A stretch of DNA of 64,000 nt from an uncultured virus (IMG/VR IMGVR_UViG_3300025771_003046) (lineage: Duplodnaviria > Heunggongvirae > Uroviricota > Caudoviricetes), in the IMG/VR virus record IMGVR_UViG_3300025771_003046. One strand, written 5' to 3'. The stretch's first letter is position 1, and the number at the start of each line of letters is the position of its first letter. Under the pieces are notes generated by a model. That model ran no database searches. It saw only the letters and a list, made by a program, of their open reading frames with translations, and had not been told where the DNA came from. The position numbers and the translations under genes are program-made. Below are positions 9,641-18,506 of this stretch, in pieces.

Positions 9641-11409
9641 TAAAGATTAAGGATTTAACAGTAAAAAACTTTATGAGTGTAGGTAATGTAAGTCAAGGTG
9701 TTGACTTTGATCAACAAAGCCTTACACTCGTGCTCGGCGAAAACTTAGATCAAGGAGGTGACGATTCGGGTTCCCGTAACGGTACAGGTAAAACAACAAT
9801 CATTAATGCATTGTCATACGCTTTATATGGCCAGGCTCTGACCAACATTAAGAGAAACAACCTTATTAATAAAACTAATTCAAAAGGTATGCTAGTTACA
9901 CTTAGTTTTGAAAAGAATAATATAAATTATAGAATTGAACGTGGACGTTCTCCTAATATTCTTAAGTTTTATGTAGATAATACCGAACAAGTTGAAGAAG
10001 ACGAGTCACAAGGCGATAGTCGCAAAACACAAGAAAGTATACAAGAACTATTGGGCATGAGTCATGATATGTTTAAACATATTTTAGCACTTAATACATA
10101 TTCTGAACCATTTTTAAGTATGCGAGCTAATGATCAACGTGCTATTATCGAACAGTTATTAGGTATTACATTACTAAGTGAAAAAGCCGATTCGTTAAAA
10201 GACGAAATTAAGCGTACTAAAGAGGCTATTACAGAAGAAACATTTAAATTAAACGCAATCGAAAGTGCTAATCAAAAAATACAAACTACAATTGACAGTT
10301 TAGGTAAAAATCAACGTGCATGGGTTGCAAAACGCAGTTCTGACGAAGAAAAACTAGTAACTGCTATCGAAGAATTAGAAAAACTAGACATTGATGCTGA
10401 ATTAGATGCACACGAAAAATTAGCAAACTGGACAGAACATAATAATTCTATTTTGGCTCTTAGAAAAGAATTAAGCACACTAGAACCTGCACTAATACGT
10501 GCTGACAAAAGTGTAACCAAAGCAGAAAAAGATATTGCAGAACTAGAAGATGCTACTTGTTATACTTGTGGACAAGAACTTCATGCAGACAAAAAAGCAG
10601 AGATTGCAGAACGCAAAGGAAAAGAACTAGAAGATGCTATTGCTTATCAAACAGAAATTACTGGAAAAGTAAAAGATGTTGCACTTGCTCTTAAAGAAAT
10701 TGGTGATATTAATGGTCGTCCTACTACATTCTACGAAACTGCAAAAGAAGCATACGAACATAGAAACAATGTTAAAAACTTGCAAAATGCATTAGTAAAC
10801 AAACAAGCAGAAGTTGATCCGTATGAAGTACAAATTAACGAACTAACAAGTACTGCACTACAAGATCTTGACTGGAGTATCATAAACAATCTTACAGAGT
10901 TTAAAGAGCATCAAGAGTTTCTATTAAAATTATTAACTAACAAAGATTCGTTTATACGTAAGAAAATTATTGATCAGAATTTAGCATATCTCAACAATAG
11001 GCTAACTTATTACTTAGATGTATTAGGATTACCACATCAAGTACAATTTTTAAACGACTTAAATGTTGAAATTACACAACTAGGACAAGATCTAGACTTT
11101 GATAATTTGTCAAGAGGTGAACGCAATAGACTTATACTCGGACTATCGTTTGCATTCCGTGATGTTTGGGAAAGTTTATACCAAGGAATTAATTTATTGT
11201 TCATTGACGAACTTATCGATTCAGGAATGGATAGTGCAGGTGTTGAAAACTCAATCAGTGTACTTAAAAAAATGACTAGAGAACGCAAGAAAAACATTTT
11301 CCTCATATCTCACAAAGATGAACTAGTTGGAAGGGTAAACAATGTATTAAAGGTTGTAAAAGAAAACGGATTTACTTCTTATGCAAACGATTTGGAGATT
11401 GTAGAATGA
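9637..11409 (+). CDS. gp46: Recombination ATPase, gp46/Rad50/SbcC-like
   Basis: Walker A GSRNGTGKTT, coiled coil with zinc hook CYTC, signature LSRGE, Walker B LLFIDE, ISH. Confidence 0.93.
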   Translation: MIKIKDLTVKNFMSVGNVSQGVDFDQQSLTLVLGENLDQGGDDSGSRNGTGKTTIINALSYALYGQALTNIKRNNLINKTNSKGMLVTLSFEKNNINYRIERGRSPNILKFYVDNTEQVEEDESQGDSRKTQESIQELLGMSHDMFKHILALNTYSEPFLSMRANDQRAIIEQLLGITLLSEKADSLKDEIKRTKEAITEETFKLNAIESANQKIQTTIDSLGKNQRAWVAKRSSDEEKLVTAIEELEKLDIDAELDAHEKLANWTEHNNSILALRKELSTLEPALIRADKSVTKAEKDIAELEDATCYTCGQELHADKKAEIAERKGKELEDAIAYQTEITGKVKDVALALKEIGDINGRPTTFYETAKEAYEHRNNVKNLQNALVNKQAEVDPYEVQINELTSTALQDLDWSIINNLTEFKEHQEFLLKLLTNKDSFIRKKIIDQNLAYLNNRLTYYLDVLGLPHQVQFLNDLNVEITQLGQDLDFDNLSRGERNRLILGLSFAFRDVWESLYQGINLLFIDELIDSGMDSAGVENSISVLKKMTRERKKNIFLISHKDELVGRVNNVLKVVKENGFTSYANDLEIVE

Positions 11410-12245
11410 TTAAAATTGGTGTAAGAGGTAGTAAATTAGCACTTGCATATGCCGATATTGTTGTTAACAGAATAAAAACAAACTTTAAACCAATTGTAGA
11501 TATACAAATTGTTCCTATTAAAACAGATGGCGACATTTATGCTAAAAAAAATATAGCAGAAATAGGCGGAAAGGGTGTTTTTGTCACAAAAATCGAACAA
11601 GAGTTGTTAGCAGGCAATATTGATTTAGCAGTTCATAGTTTTAAAGATCTTCCTAAGGACTTAGACGATAGAACAGAAATTCGTGCAGTAATGCCAAGGC
11701 ATGATCCGCGTGATGCTGTTATCGGAAATCTAGTCGACGGTTGTAAAATAGGCACAAGTAGTCCTAGACGTAAATTACAACTTGCAAAAATGTTTCCTAA
11801 CAGTGAAATACTTCCAATAAGAGGTAATATTGACACAAGAATACAAAAAGTTCGTGACAACGAGTACGATGCTACAATTTTAGCAATGGCAGGACTTGAT
11901 ACAATGAACTTAGGTCACGAAATAAACAAGATACTAGCATTAGAAGAATTAGTACCAGCTGTAGGACAAGGAGTTATTGCTGTACAGTCATTAAAAAATC
12001 AAAATACAGTATTATTAGAGAAAATTAATCACTTAGAAACATATCAGTGTGCAATGGCAGAACGTAACATGCTTCAAATGGTTGACGGTGATTGTGATAC
12101 CGCTATTGGATCAATTACAAGTATCATTGGCGATATAATTTCGCTCGAAGCATACAATTACGAAAATAATAAATCTGTAAAAATGCAATCTAAAGCAATT
12201 GATTATCTTAATCTAGGCGAATTAGCTGGTAATAGAATAAAATGA
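11406..12245 (+). CDS. hemC: Hydroxymethylbilane synthase (porphobilinogen deaminase), auxiliary metabolic gene
   Basis: RGSKLAL, GGKGVFV, DLAVHSFKDLP, GTSSPRR, RGNIDTRI, PAVGQG, and the cofactor-attachment Cys in GDCDTAIG are all present. Confidence 0.93.
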   Translation: MIKIGVRGSKLALAYADIVVNRIKTNFKPIVDIQIVPIKTDGDIYAKKNIAEIGGKGVFVTKIEQELLAGNIDLAVHSFKDLPKDLDDRTEIRAVMPRHDPRDAVIGNLVDGCKIGTSSPRRKLQLAKMFPNSEILPIRGNIDTRIQKVRDNEYDATILAMAGLDTMNLGHEINKILALEELVPAVGQGVIAVQSLKNQNTVLLEKINHLETYQCAMAERNMLQMVDGDCDTAIGSITSIIGDIISLEAYNYENNKSVKMQSKAIDYLNLGELAGNRIK

Positions 12246-12463
12246 ACAACGAAGACGACTTACATACACAATTAGTTCAAGCATACTTAGAATATTTTAA
12301 GGCAAATGAATGGTGGGAAAGGAAAAACTCAGTTAGAGCATATTCCGCAGTTCAAAAGGCAACAAGAGAAATACGTAGAATAGCAAGAGAACGAAATACT
12401 GAAATAAAAGAGATACAAAAAGACTATAAAATCAAGTTTAAAGGCAAACAATACAAGGATTGA
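12242..12463 (+). CDS. Small hypothetical helical protein
   Basis: 73-aa ORF overlapping the hemC stop (ATGA), indicating translational coupling. Confidence 0.7.
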   Translation: MNNEDDLHTQLVQAYLEYFKANEWWERKNSVRAYSAVQKATREIRRIARERNTEIKEIQKDYKIKFKGKQYKD

Positions 12464-12473
12464 TAAACATTGT

Positions 12474-12908
12474 ATGAATTGGACATATAATGGCGACGAA
12501 GTTACAGAAATACCAGATGAGTATGAAGGTTTTGTTTACATTATTACTAATTTAACAGATGATCGCAAATACATAGGCAAAAAACTAGCAAAATTTAAAA
12601 CTACTAAGCCACCCTTAAAAGGCAAAAAAAATAAAAGACGCGGATACAAAGAATCAGACTGGAAAGACTATTGGGGATCTTCAGATAAACTATTAGCAGA
12701 CGTAGAAAAATTAGGCAAAGACAAGTTCACAAGAGAAATACTATATTTTTGTAAAAGCAGAGGCGAAATGTCTTACTTAGAGGCAAGAGAACAGTTTAGT
12801 AGGCGAGTATTAGAGACGGACGAGTATTATAACGGTATAATAAACGTGCGTGTAGGCGGATCAAACATACTTAGAGAAAATTTAAAGGCACATCAGGACA
12901 CTATTTAA
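12474..12908 (+). CDS. Small GIY-YIG family nuclease (Seg-like)
   Basis: GFVYIITNL...KYIGKK...YWGSS...REIL...LEAREQ...YYN matches GIY-YIG motifs; no additional DNA-binding domain. Confidence 0.8.
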   Translation: MNWTYNGDEVTEIPDEYEGFVYIITNLTDDRKYIGKKLAKFKTTKPPLKGKKNKRRGYKESDWKDYWGSSDKLLADVEKLGKDKFTREILYFCKSRGEMSYLEAREQFSRRVLETDEYYNGIINVRVGGSNILRENLKAHQDTI

Positions 12909-12914
12909 AAGCCA

Positions 12915-13160
12915 AAATCCAGCCGAGGTAATGCTCGTCGCCGGTGGAGTGGTAAAGTCCAACAGGCTGTATGCTACGAAAACCCCTTAGCACTAGGAAC
13001 GAAGCGGGGGATAGCGCATTTTGCGTGATGTCGACGTAGGTTGGGAAAGGTCAGAGCCCAGTAGCAAAGTCAAATACCTACTTCCAATGTCTCGACTATG
13101 ATACTCACATGAAGATATCTTCGAGGACGACGGGACCCTGCAAGGTTCCGTCTGACTAAT
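12915..13160 (+). ncRNA. Candidate structured non-coding RNA with pseudoknot (family not recognised; strand assumed)
   Basis: ORF-free, GC-enriched. Pairings: CAGCC 12920/GGCTG 12965; CCCC 12983/GGGG 13007; GCGCA 13014/TGCGT 13022; GTCGA 13030/TCGAC 13092; GTAGGT 13036/ACCTAC 13076; TGGG 13042/CCCA 13057; crossing TGCTAC 12972/GTAGCA 13061; GACGGGACC 13129/GGTTCCGTC 13144. Confidence 0.6.
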
Positions 13161-13177
13161 TAATCTACATGAAACTA

Positions 13178-13256
13178 TTACTTCACATTCGTTCAGTTAA
13201 AAAGAAGAAATATAGTTTGAGCGATAGCGAAAACTTATATCTACGAAGTAGATATA
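13178..13256. other. Cluster of ssDNA-type hairpins (two inverted tandem-GA hairpins and a GAA-triloop hairpin); possible origin/ssDNA signal
   Basis: Minus strand 13197-13180: ACT-GA-AC-GAAT-GT-GA-AGT. Plus strand 13214-13235: AGTTT-GA-GC-GATA-GC-GA-AAACT. Plus strand 13236-13256: TATATCTAC-GAA-GTAGATATA. Confidence 0.45.
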
Positions 13257-13257
13257 C

Positions 13258-13263
13258 TAAATA
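13258..13263 (+). promoter_or_regulatory. Late promoter (TAAATA)
   Basis: CTAAATA five nt before ATG 13269, with no SD. Confidence 0.55.
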
Positions 13264-13268
13264 TATAC

Positions 13269-13829
13269 ATGAAGCTTAATGATATATTAACAGAATCACA
13301 ATTAGATGAATTTATTCCTTTAACTAAACAAGGAAGAATGATTCGACGTGCTGAAAAAGCAGGAGCAGCTGATCTACAAGCTACTGCAAATAAATTATTA
13401 CAGCAATATGCAGCACATCTTGGAACACAAGAAAAAAAAGTTAAGACATCTGACTATAATGATTTGTTTGATTTCTTAAAAAGAAAAAATGTTGATACAT
13501 CTGATATAGATACAACACCTCCGATTAATGCAAAACGGTTAAAAACTATATTTTTAGCAAAATCTAAACAAGCTATGACTCCTACTCAGTCATCTGGACA
13601 AAAAACGCCTAGCAAAGAACCTAAACAACCTGCAACAAAAGTAAGTAGTGCATATATGTCAACAAAAAATGCTGCGCTAAAGTTAAATTCAAAAGAAAAA
13701 CGTAGATTAATAGCACAATTACAAAAATCTGTTGATAATACTGCAAGACCTAAAAAACAACCTACTATAGTTGATAAGAACTTTGATAAAAGTCAACGTT
13801 TAAGCCAATATGGTAAAGTTGGCAAGTGA
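13269..13829 (+). CDS. Hypothetical basic protein, possibly an internal virion protein
   Basis: 186-aa ORF after a late promoter. N-terminus MKLNDILTESQLDE carries (I/L)xE motifs like T4 gp21-processed proteins (inference). Confidence 0.65.
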   Translation: MKLNDILTESQLDEFIPLTKQGRMIRRAEKAGAADLQATANKLLQQYAAHLGTQEKKVKTSDYNDLFDFLKRKNVDTSDIDTTPPINAKRLKTIFLAKSKQAMTPTQSSGQKTPSKEPKQPATKVSSAYMSTKNAALKLNSKEKRRLIAQLQKSVDNTARPKKQPTIVDKNFDKSQRLSQYGKVGK

Positions 13830-14042
13830 TTAGAAGAATGGCAGTCCGCTTTTCTTAGTAGTTTCCATATTATTTTTAACAATACCGCTAATTATTTCTC
13901 TATCTTCAGGTGATAATGAAAATGCTTCTTCAAGATTACAACCTCCTCGCATAAACCATGCTAATTGTATGACTTCATGCTTTAGTTGTTTTTGTTCTTC
14001 TTTTAATTTCTTATCTTCTGCTAGAATTTCAGTCAGATTCAT
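13830..14042 (-). CDS. Small tail/baseplate assembly protein; probable -1 frameshift extension of the upstream chaperone
   Basis: LAWFMRGG...EAFSLSPEDREII...KKSGLPFF; lies in the -1 frame of the upstream gene, open back to the slippery site. Confidence 0.7.
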   Translation of the reverse strand: MNLTEILAEDKKLKEEQKQLKHEVIQLAWFMRGGCNLEEAFSLSPEDREIISGIVKNNMETTKKSGLPFF

Positions 14043-14053
14043 TGAAAGAAGTT

Positions 14054-14944
14054 TTATCCGAAAAAATTTGATTGGTCAAATGTAATAGGAATTTGAAAAG
14101 TTTTTGGAGCACCAGCGTTTTGTTCATCTTCTGTAGTGTTTACTGTCATAGGCTCTAATTCAAACTGTGATCTTTGAATTTCTAAATGTTCTTTAACTCC
14201 AGTATAGAAGGTTTTATCTGAATTTTTAATAAATTCTTCTATATGACCTCTATTTGTTACAGTTTGATCTTCAACTCGTATGCTTACTACACTTTTGCAC
14301 AACATATCGATGGTTAGTGCAGTTAATTTTGAGAAACTTTCATTAAACTTTGACATTTTTTCACTATCAGGAACAGTATCGTCGTTAACTAGATTAAAGA
14401 TACGCTGTTCTTCAAACGTTTTTAAACTACTTTCAGTAAACTCTCTATAAGTTAATGGTCGAATTGTTACTCCTAGTCCATTAATTGTACTTTCAGAGTG
14501 AAACTCATTAGATAAAAGTTTATTAAGTAACTGTCTAAGGTCAACAGTATAGTCTTTCTCTATACCTGCACCTGGAATTTTAGTAGTTAGTGTTAGTTCT
14601 TCGCCATATGTTGCAACTCGAATGCCTACAAGTACTGCATCAAGATCGATACTTGGCATATGCCATGGATCAATTATAGCAGGAATACAACTCTTAATTA
14701 CATCAACAGTTGCTTGTCCGTTTAACAACGCATCTGGTGTTTTAATAGTAATTTCGTCTTTAGCAGTCATTGGAAATACCGGAAGTTCACCGTTATCGGG
14801 TAATTCGAGTGTGCCTTCTGGGTAAAAATTACCTTTACTAGGCAATGTTATGTATACTTTAGGTTGTCTAAAGTATTTTTGCAGCGGGTTAGGCTGAAAA
14901 TCTTGATTATTTCCCTGAAATGCATTAGGGTCGAACTCTGGCAT
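14054..14944 (-). CDS. Baseplate hub assembly/tail assembly chaperone (T4 gp26-like)
   Basis: YITLPSKG.FY...PMTAKDE...LLNG...IDLDAVLVGIRVATYG, ending NFFG. Start placed at ATG 14944 because GGAG lies just upstream (the track starts at 14956). Confidence 0.7.
   Translation of the reverse strand: MPEFDPNAFQGNNQDFQPNPLQKYFRQPKVYITLPSKGNFYPEGTLELPDNGELPVFPMTAKDEITIKTPDALLNGQATVDVIKSCIPAIIDPWHMPSIDLDAVLVGIRVATYGEELTLTTKIPGAGIEKDYTVDLRQLLNKLLSNEFHSESTINGLGVTIRPLTYREFTESSLKTFEEQRIFNLVNDDTVPDSEKMSKFNESFSKLTALTIDMLCKSVVSIRVEDQTVTNRGHIEEFIKNSDKTFYTGVKEHLEIQRSQFELEPMTVNTTEDEQNAGAPKTFQIPITFDQSNFFG
14060..14066 (-). other. Putative programmed -1 ribosomal frameshift site (U UUU UUC)
   Basis: Minus strand AAT TTT TTC GGA TAA; the -1 frame reads TTT TTT CGG ATA AAA CTT CTT TCA ATG into the 13830-14042 ORF. 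Confidence 0.6.
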
Positions 14945-14955
14945 GGTAATCTCCA

Positions 14956-14990
14956 TATAAATACAATGTAAAGTATATATCTATATTTAT
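14956..14990. promoter_or_regulatory. Face-to-face late promoter pair for divergent genes
   Basis: Plus-strand TATAAATA 14956-14963 toward tape measure; minus-strand ATAAATA 14990-14984 toward the chaperone gene. Confidence 0.6.
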
Positions 14991-15017
14991 TAAGTGCGCA
15001 GTTTATAGGAATTAGGG

Positions 15018-18000
15018 TTGGCTGAAGAAATTGAAATTGGTAATTTTGGTAAAGGCGGTGTTGCTAGTGAAGAAACCTTAAAAGATCTTCTCAAAGCAAT
15101 TGAACACCTTGCTAAAAAAGAAGGATTTGATCCTAAAAAGTCAGCTGACAAAGCAAAAAAACTTGCAGATGCTTTTGATAAAGGCATTGATGTTGTAACT
15201 GACCATAGAGATGCACTAAATGAAAATACAAAGTCTGTAAAGCGTAATACAAATGTATTAAGCAAGAGTTTAGGCGTACTTGGAGTTGGTATTGTTGCTA
15301 TAGGTACAAGTTTAAGTAATTTTACTAAAGAACTTATCGACGGCGGCAGTAGTTTAACTGATTTTACAAAGCATATACCGATATTTGGTAGTACTATTGC
15401 AGGTTTAACTGGATATTTTGATGACACGCTAGAAAGTTTTAGAGAAATATCTCGTGTAGGCGGTTCAATGGGCAACAGTTTAGAAGAAGTAAGGCGTAGT
15501 TCGGCTCAATTGTTTATGACTTTAGACGAGTTTACAGGATTTGTTAAAGGAAATTCTAAAGAATTATCAACATTTGGCGGAACTGTTACACAAGGTGTTC
15601 GTAGAGTTGCTGATTTACAAAAAGCACTAGATAAAACTACACGTAATCAACTTTTAAATATGGGTTTGACATTTGAAGACATTAACGAGTCACTTATGAG
15701 ATATGCTGTACTTGACAGAGCAGGATCAAGGACAAGACAAATAAATGATGCCCAGCTTGCTTTAAATGCAGCAAGTTACGCTAAAAGTTTAAGTACACTG
15801 TCAAAATTAACAGGTGAAGAAATAGATTCACTTGAAGCAAAGGCTGCTGCTAATCAAAATGATATTGCTTACCAAATGGCAATGTCTAAAATGGATGAAA
15901 CTGAAAGAGAAAAAGTTCGTTCTGGTATGGCTGAAGTTACTGCACTATACGGCGAAACTGGAGCAGAGTTTTATAAACAACAAATATTAGGTATAGGTCC
16001 TGTAACTGATGCAACTGCTATGTTAGCAGCAGGGCTTCCGGGAATTGCAGAACAAATAAAACTTACAGCCGCACTAACAAAAGATGCAAATACTGACCTG
16101 AAAGCGTTTGAAGGAGGATCTATTGATAGATTTGTAGAAGGCGTTAAAGCAGCAGCAGCATCGTCAGATGATTTAGAAGGTTTATTAACAGTTGCAGCCG
16201 CAGGCATGGACGGGCCTGGTAAAGAATTAGCATTAATTTTACAATCTATGGGCAAGAACTTTACTGATTATATGGATAACGGTATTTTTGACGAAAAAAG
16301 ATTAAGAGATGATCTCGAAAAAGCTAAAAAAGAATCTGATTCTAGAGACAGTACAACAAATGCATTAGTTACTTTTAATCAGGCTATCAAGAATGCAAGA
16401 AAAGAAATTACAGATAACTTTATTGACAGCGGAGTGTTCAGAGTAATATCACAATCAGTAGAAAGTATTGCAAATATGTTAGGTTCGGAAGGATTTATTA
16501 CTCTTCTAAAAGATGCAATAGTAACTATTACCGATTGGACTGAAAGTTTTATTACTACTTTAAGTGTTGACGGATTTAAATCAGCAATGAATATGTTGTG
16601 GACAGACATTACACAAGTAATCAAAGATTTCTTTATGGGTGTTACTGCTGAAGAACAAAAACAAAGGGCATTAGATGACAAAGCCACAGTTGAATCTCAA
16701 CTTTCAAAAGTTTTAGCCAAACAATTTGAACAAGAGATGTTAGCCGCTTCTAGTCCAGATGAGGAAACAAGATCGAAAGCTGTAAAAGAACTTGCAAGAT
16801 TAGAAGAACAATACAAAATACTTGAAGAAAAGAAAGCATCTCTAGATAAAGAACTTCAAAAAAATGACTATGTAGACAAGACTGGTACTTTGTCTACAGT
16901 TGGTAGTGCAATTACTAAAGCAATTACTGATAAAATAGATGGAAGTTTACTCGATCTTAAACCATTTAAACCAAATGAAGCCGGTCAACTAGAAGATGGG
17001 TTATTTCTTAGTGCTGAGACTAAGAAAGCTATTAATGACCTGTTTGGTGAAAACGGTACACTAATGGATGAAATTGGAACAGTTATTGTAGCTGGGTTTA
17101 CTGGTTTATTTTTACTTCCTGCTGTAACCGCAGGTGTAGCAACAGCAATTGCAACAGGAATTGGAACAGCATTAACAACTGCATTCTCAGGAAGCGGAGG
17201 ACTACCTTCCGATTTAGAAGAATTTACAGGCAAGGATGGAAAAACAAGAGTAAGAAATAAAACATCTAAAAAAATAGCAGCAGATCCAAGAAAACTTAAA
17301 GCACCAGCAGGCACTAAATTTGTAGAAGGACTTGGCAAAGGCGGCAAAGGAGAAGGCGGCTTATTAGGAGGCGCAGCTAGAGGACTAGCAGTTTGGGGAA
17401 GTCCTGTTGGAGCTAAGGCAGTATTAGGCGCTGCTGCTCTTGGAACAGCAATAGGTGCAATTGCAACGGGAATAGGCGTCGGTGTATGGGTACTAGGAGA
17501 AAGTTTTGGTACTTTTTCTGAAAATATGAAAGAGTTTGAAAACTTAGACGGAGAAAAATTAAAATCAGTAGGTCAAGGTATGAGAGCTGTAGGTTTAGGT
17601 ATAGGCACACTCGGAGTAGGTAAAGTAGCAGACGGTTTAGGAAACTTTATACAGGGCATCGGTGGCTTTTTAGGAAATCTATTTTCGATTGCTAGTGGCA
17701 AAGGCAAACAAAAATCAACTTATGAATTACTAGAAGAATTCCAAGGTATGGAAATCGATACTGCTACTATTAAACTAAAAGCAGAAGCTTTACAAGCATT
17801 TGCAACAGGTATGAATACGTTAGGAGCAGGTTTAAAATACGAAGGTTTAGCAAACTTTTGGAACGGGGTAGCAGATTTCTTTTTTGGAGAAGATACAGAT
17901 CCATTTAAAGAAATTAAAGAATTTGGATCTACAAAATTTGAAAGCGAATTTCTTGAAAACAATTTAAAAGTACTAGAAGCATTTGCAACAGGCATGAGCA

Positions 18001-18494
18001 CATTGGCTCAAGTTAACAACGGCGAAACAGTAAGTTATGGTAGCATCTCTTCATTAAAAATAAATCTACAGAAGTTAGGCCAAGTAAAAGGATTAAAAGG
18101 AACAGCAGAAGGAATTGCTGAACTTGCTAATATTACTAATGTAAAAACTAAATTAAATGATTTAGCATCTGCAGATATTGAAGGAATAACAAATACAGCT
18201 GAAGCAATTAAAAAATTAGCTGATTCATTTATTGAATTAAACAAAGCACTTGCAGATAAAAACAGCGGCATCCGCGAAAGCGGAGTTAGCACTGCATCAC
18301 TTCTTAATGAAGGTAAATTTAATTTAGGCAGCGGATCAGGTCTAACTGAGGAAACAGTAAAAGAGTTAAATAGTATATTAGCGAAAATAGAAGAACATAC
18401 TATGTGGTCTAGCAGATATAATAAGACAATGTCTAAGAACATAGCAGGTATAGCCAATAATAATCTTGCTGACGGAAATATAACGAGCCCGTAA
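15018..18494 (+). CDS. Tail tape measure protein
   Basis: 1158 aa, helical and A/G/L/K-rich with hydrophobic Gly/Ala stretches; adjacent to the chaperone pair; TTG start. Confidence 0.7.
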   Translation: MAEEIEIGNFGKGGVASEETLKDLLKAIEHLAKKEGFDPKKSADKAKKLADAFDKGIDVVTDHRDALNENTKSVKRNTNVLSKSLGVLGVGIVAIGTSLSNFTKELIDGGSSLTDFTKHIPIFGSTIAGLTGYFDDTLESFREISRVGGSMGNSLEEVRRSSAQLFMTLDEFTGFVKGNSKELSTFGGTVTQGVRRVADLQKALDKTTRNQLLNMGLTFEDINESLMRYAVLDRAGSRTRQINDAQLALNAASYAKSLSTLSKLTGEEIDSLEAKAAANQNDIAYQMAMSKMDETEREKVRSGMAEVTALYGETGAEFYKQQILGIGPVTDATAMLAAGLPGIAEQIKLTAALTKDANTDLKAFEGGSIDRFVEGVKAAAASSDDLEGLLTVAAAGMDGPGKELALILQSMGKNFTDYMDNGIFDEKRLRDDLEKAKKESDSRDSTTNALVTFNQAIKNARKEITDNFIDSGVFRVISQSVESIANMLGSEGFITLLKDAIVTITDWTESFITTLSVDGFKSAMNMLWTDITQVIKDFFMGVTAEEQKQRALDDKATVESQLSKVLAKQFEQEMLAASSPDEETRSKAVKELARLEEQYKILEEKKASLDKELQKNDYVDKTGTLSTVGSAITKAITDKIDGSLLDLKPFKPNEAGQLEDGLFLSAETKKAINDLFGENGTLMDEIGTVIVAGFTGLFLLPAVTAGVATAIATGIGTALTTAFSGSGGLPSDLEEFTGKDGKTRVRNKTSKKIAADPRKLKAPAGTKFVEGLGKGGKGEGGLLGGAARGLAVWGSPVGAKAVLGAAALGTAIGAIATGIGVGVWVLGESFGTFSENMKEFENLDGEKLKSVGQGMRAVGLGIGTLGVGKVADGLGNFIQGIGGFLGNLFSIASGKGKQKSTYELLEEFQGMEIDTATIKLKAEALQAFATGMNTLGAGLKYEGLANFWNGVADFFFGEDTDPFKEIKEFGSTKFESEFLENNLKVLEAFATGMSTLAQVNNGETVSYGSISSLKINLQKLGQVKGLKGTAEGIAELANITNVKTKLNDLASADIEGITNTAEAIKKLADSFIELNKALADKNSGIRESGVSTASLLNEGKFNLGSGSGLTEETVKELNSILAKIEEHTMWSSRYNKTMSKNIAGIANNNLADGNITSP

Positions 18495-18506
18495 GGAAAA
18501 CAAAAA

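Noticed and set aside
12945..12965. RNase P RNA-like start (GGTAAAGTCC resembles GGAAAGUCC)
   Set aside because: No matching 3' P4 strand or other RNase P conserved regions found.
12474..13260. Group I intron carrying a GIY-YIG homing endonuclease
   Set aside because: No convincing P7 (GACUA/UAGUC) pairing and no interrupted flanking gene; flanking ORFs look complete.
14990..18457. Minus-strand ORFs overlapping the tape measure gene
   Set aside because: Fully or almost fully antisense to a well-supported gene; no motifs.
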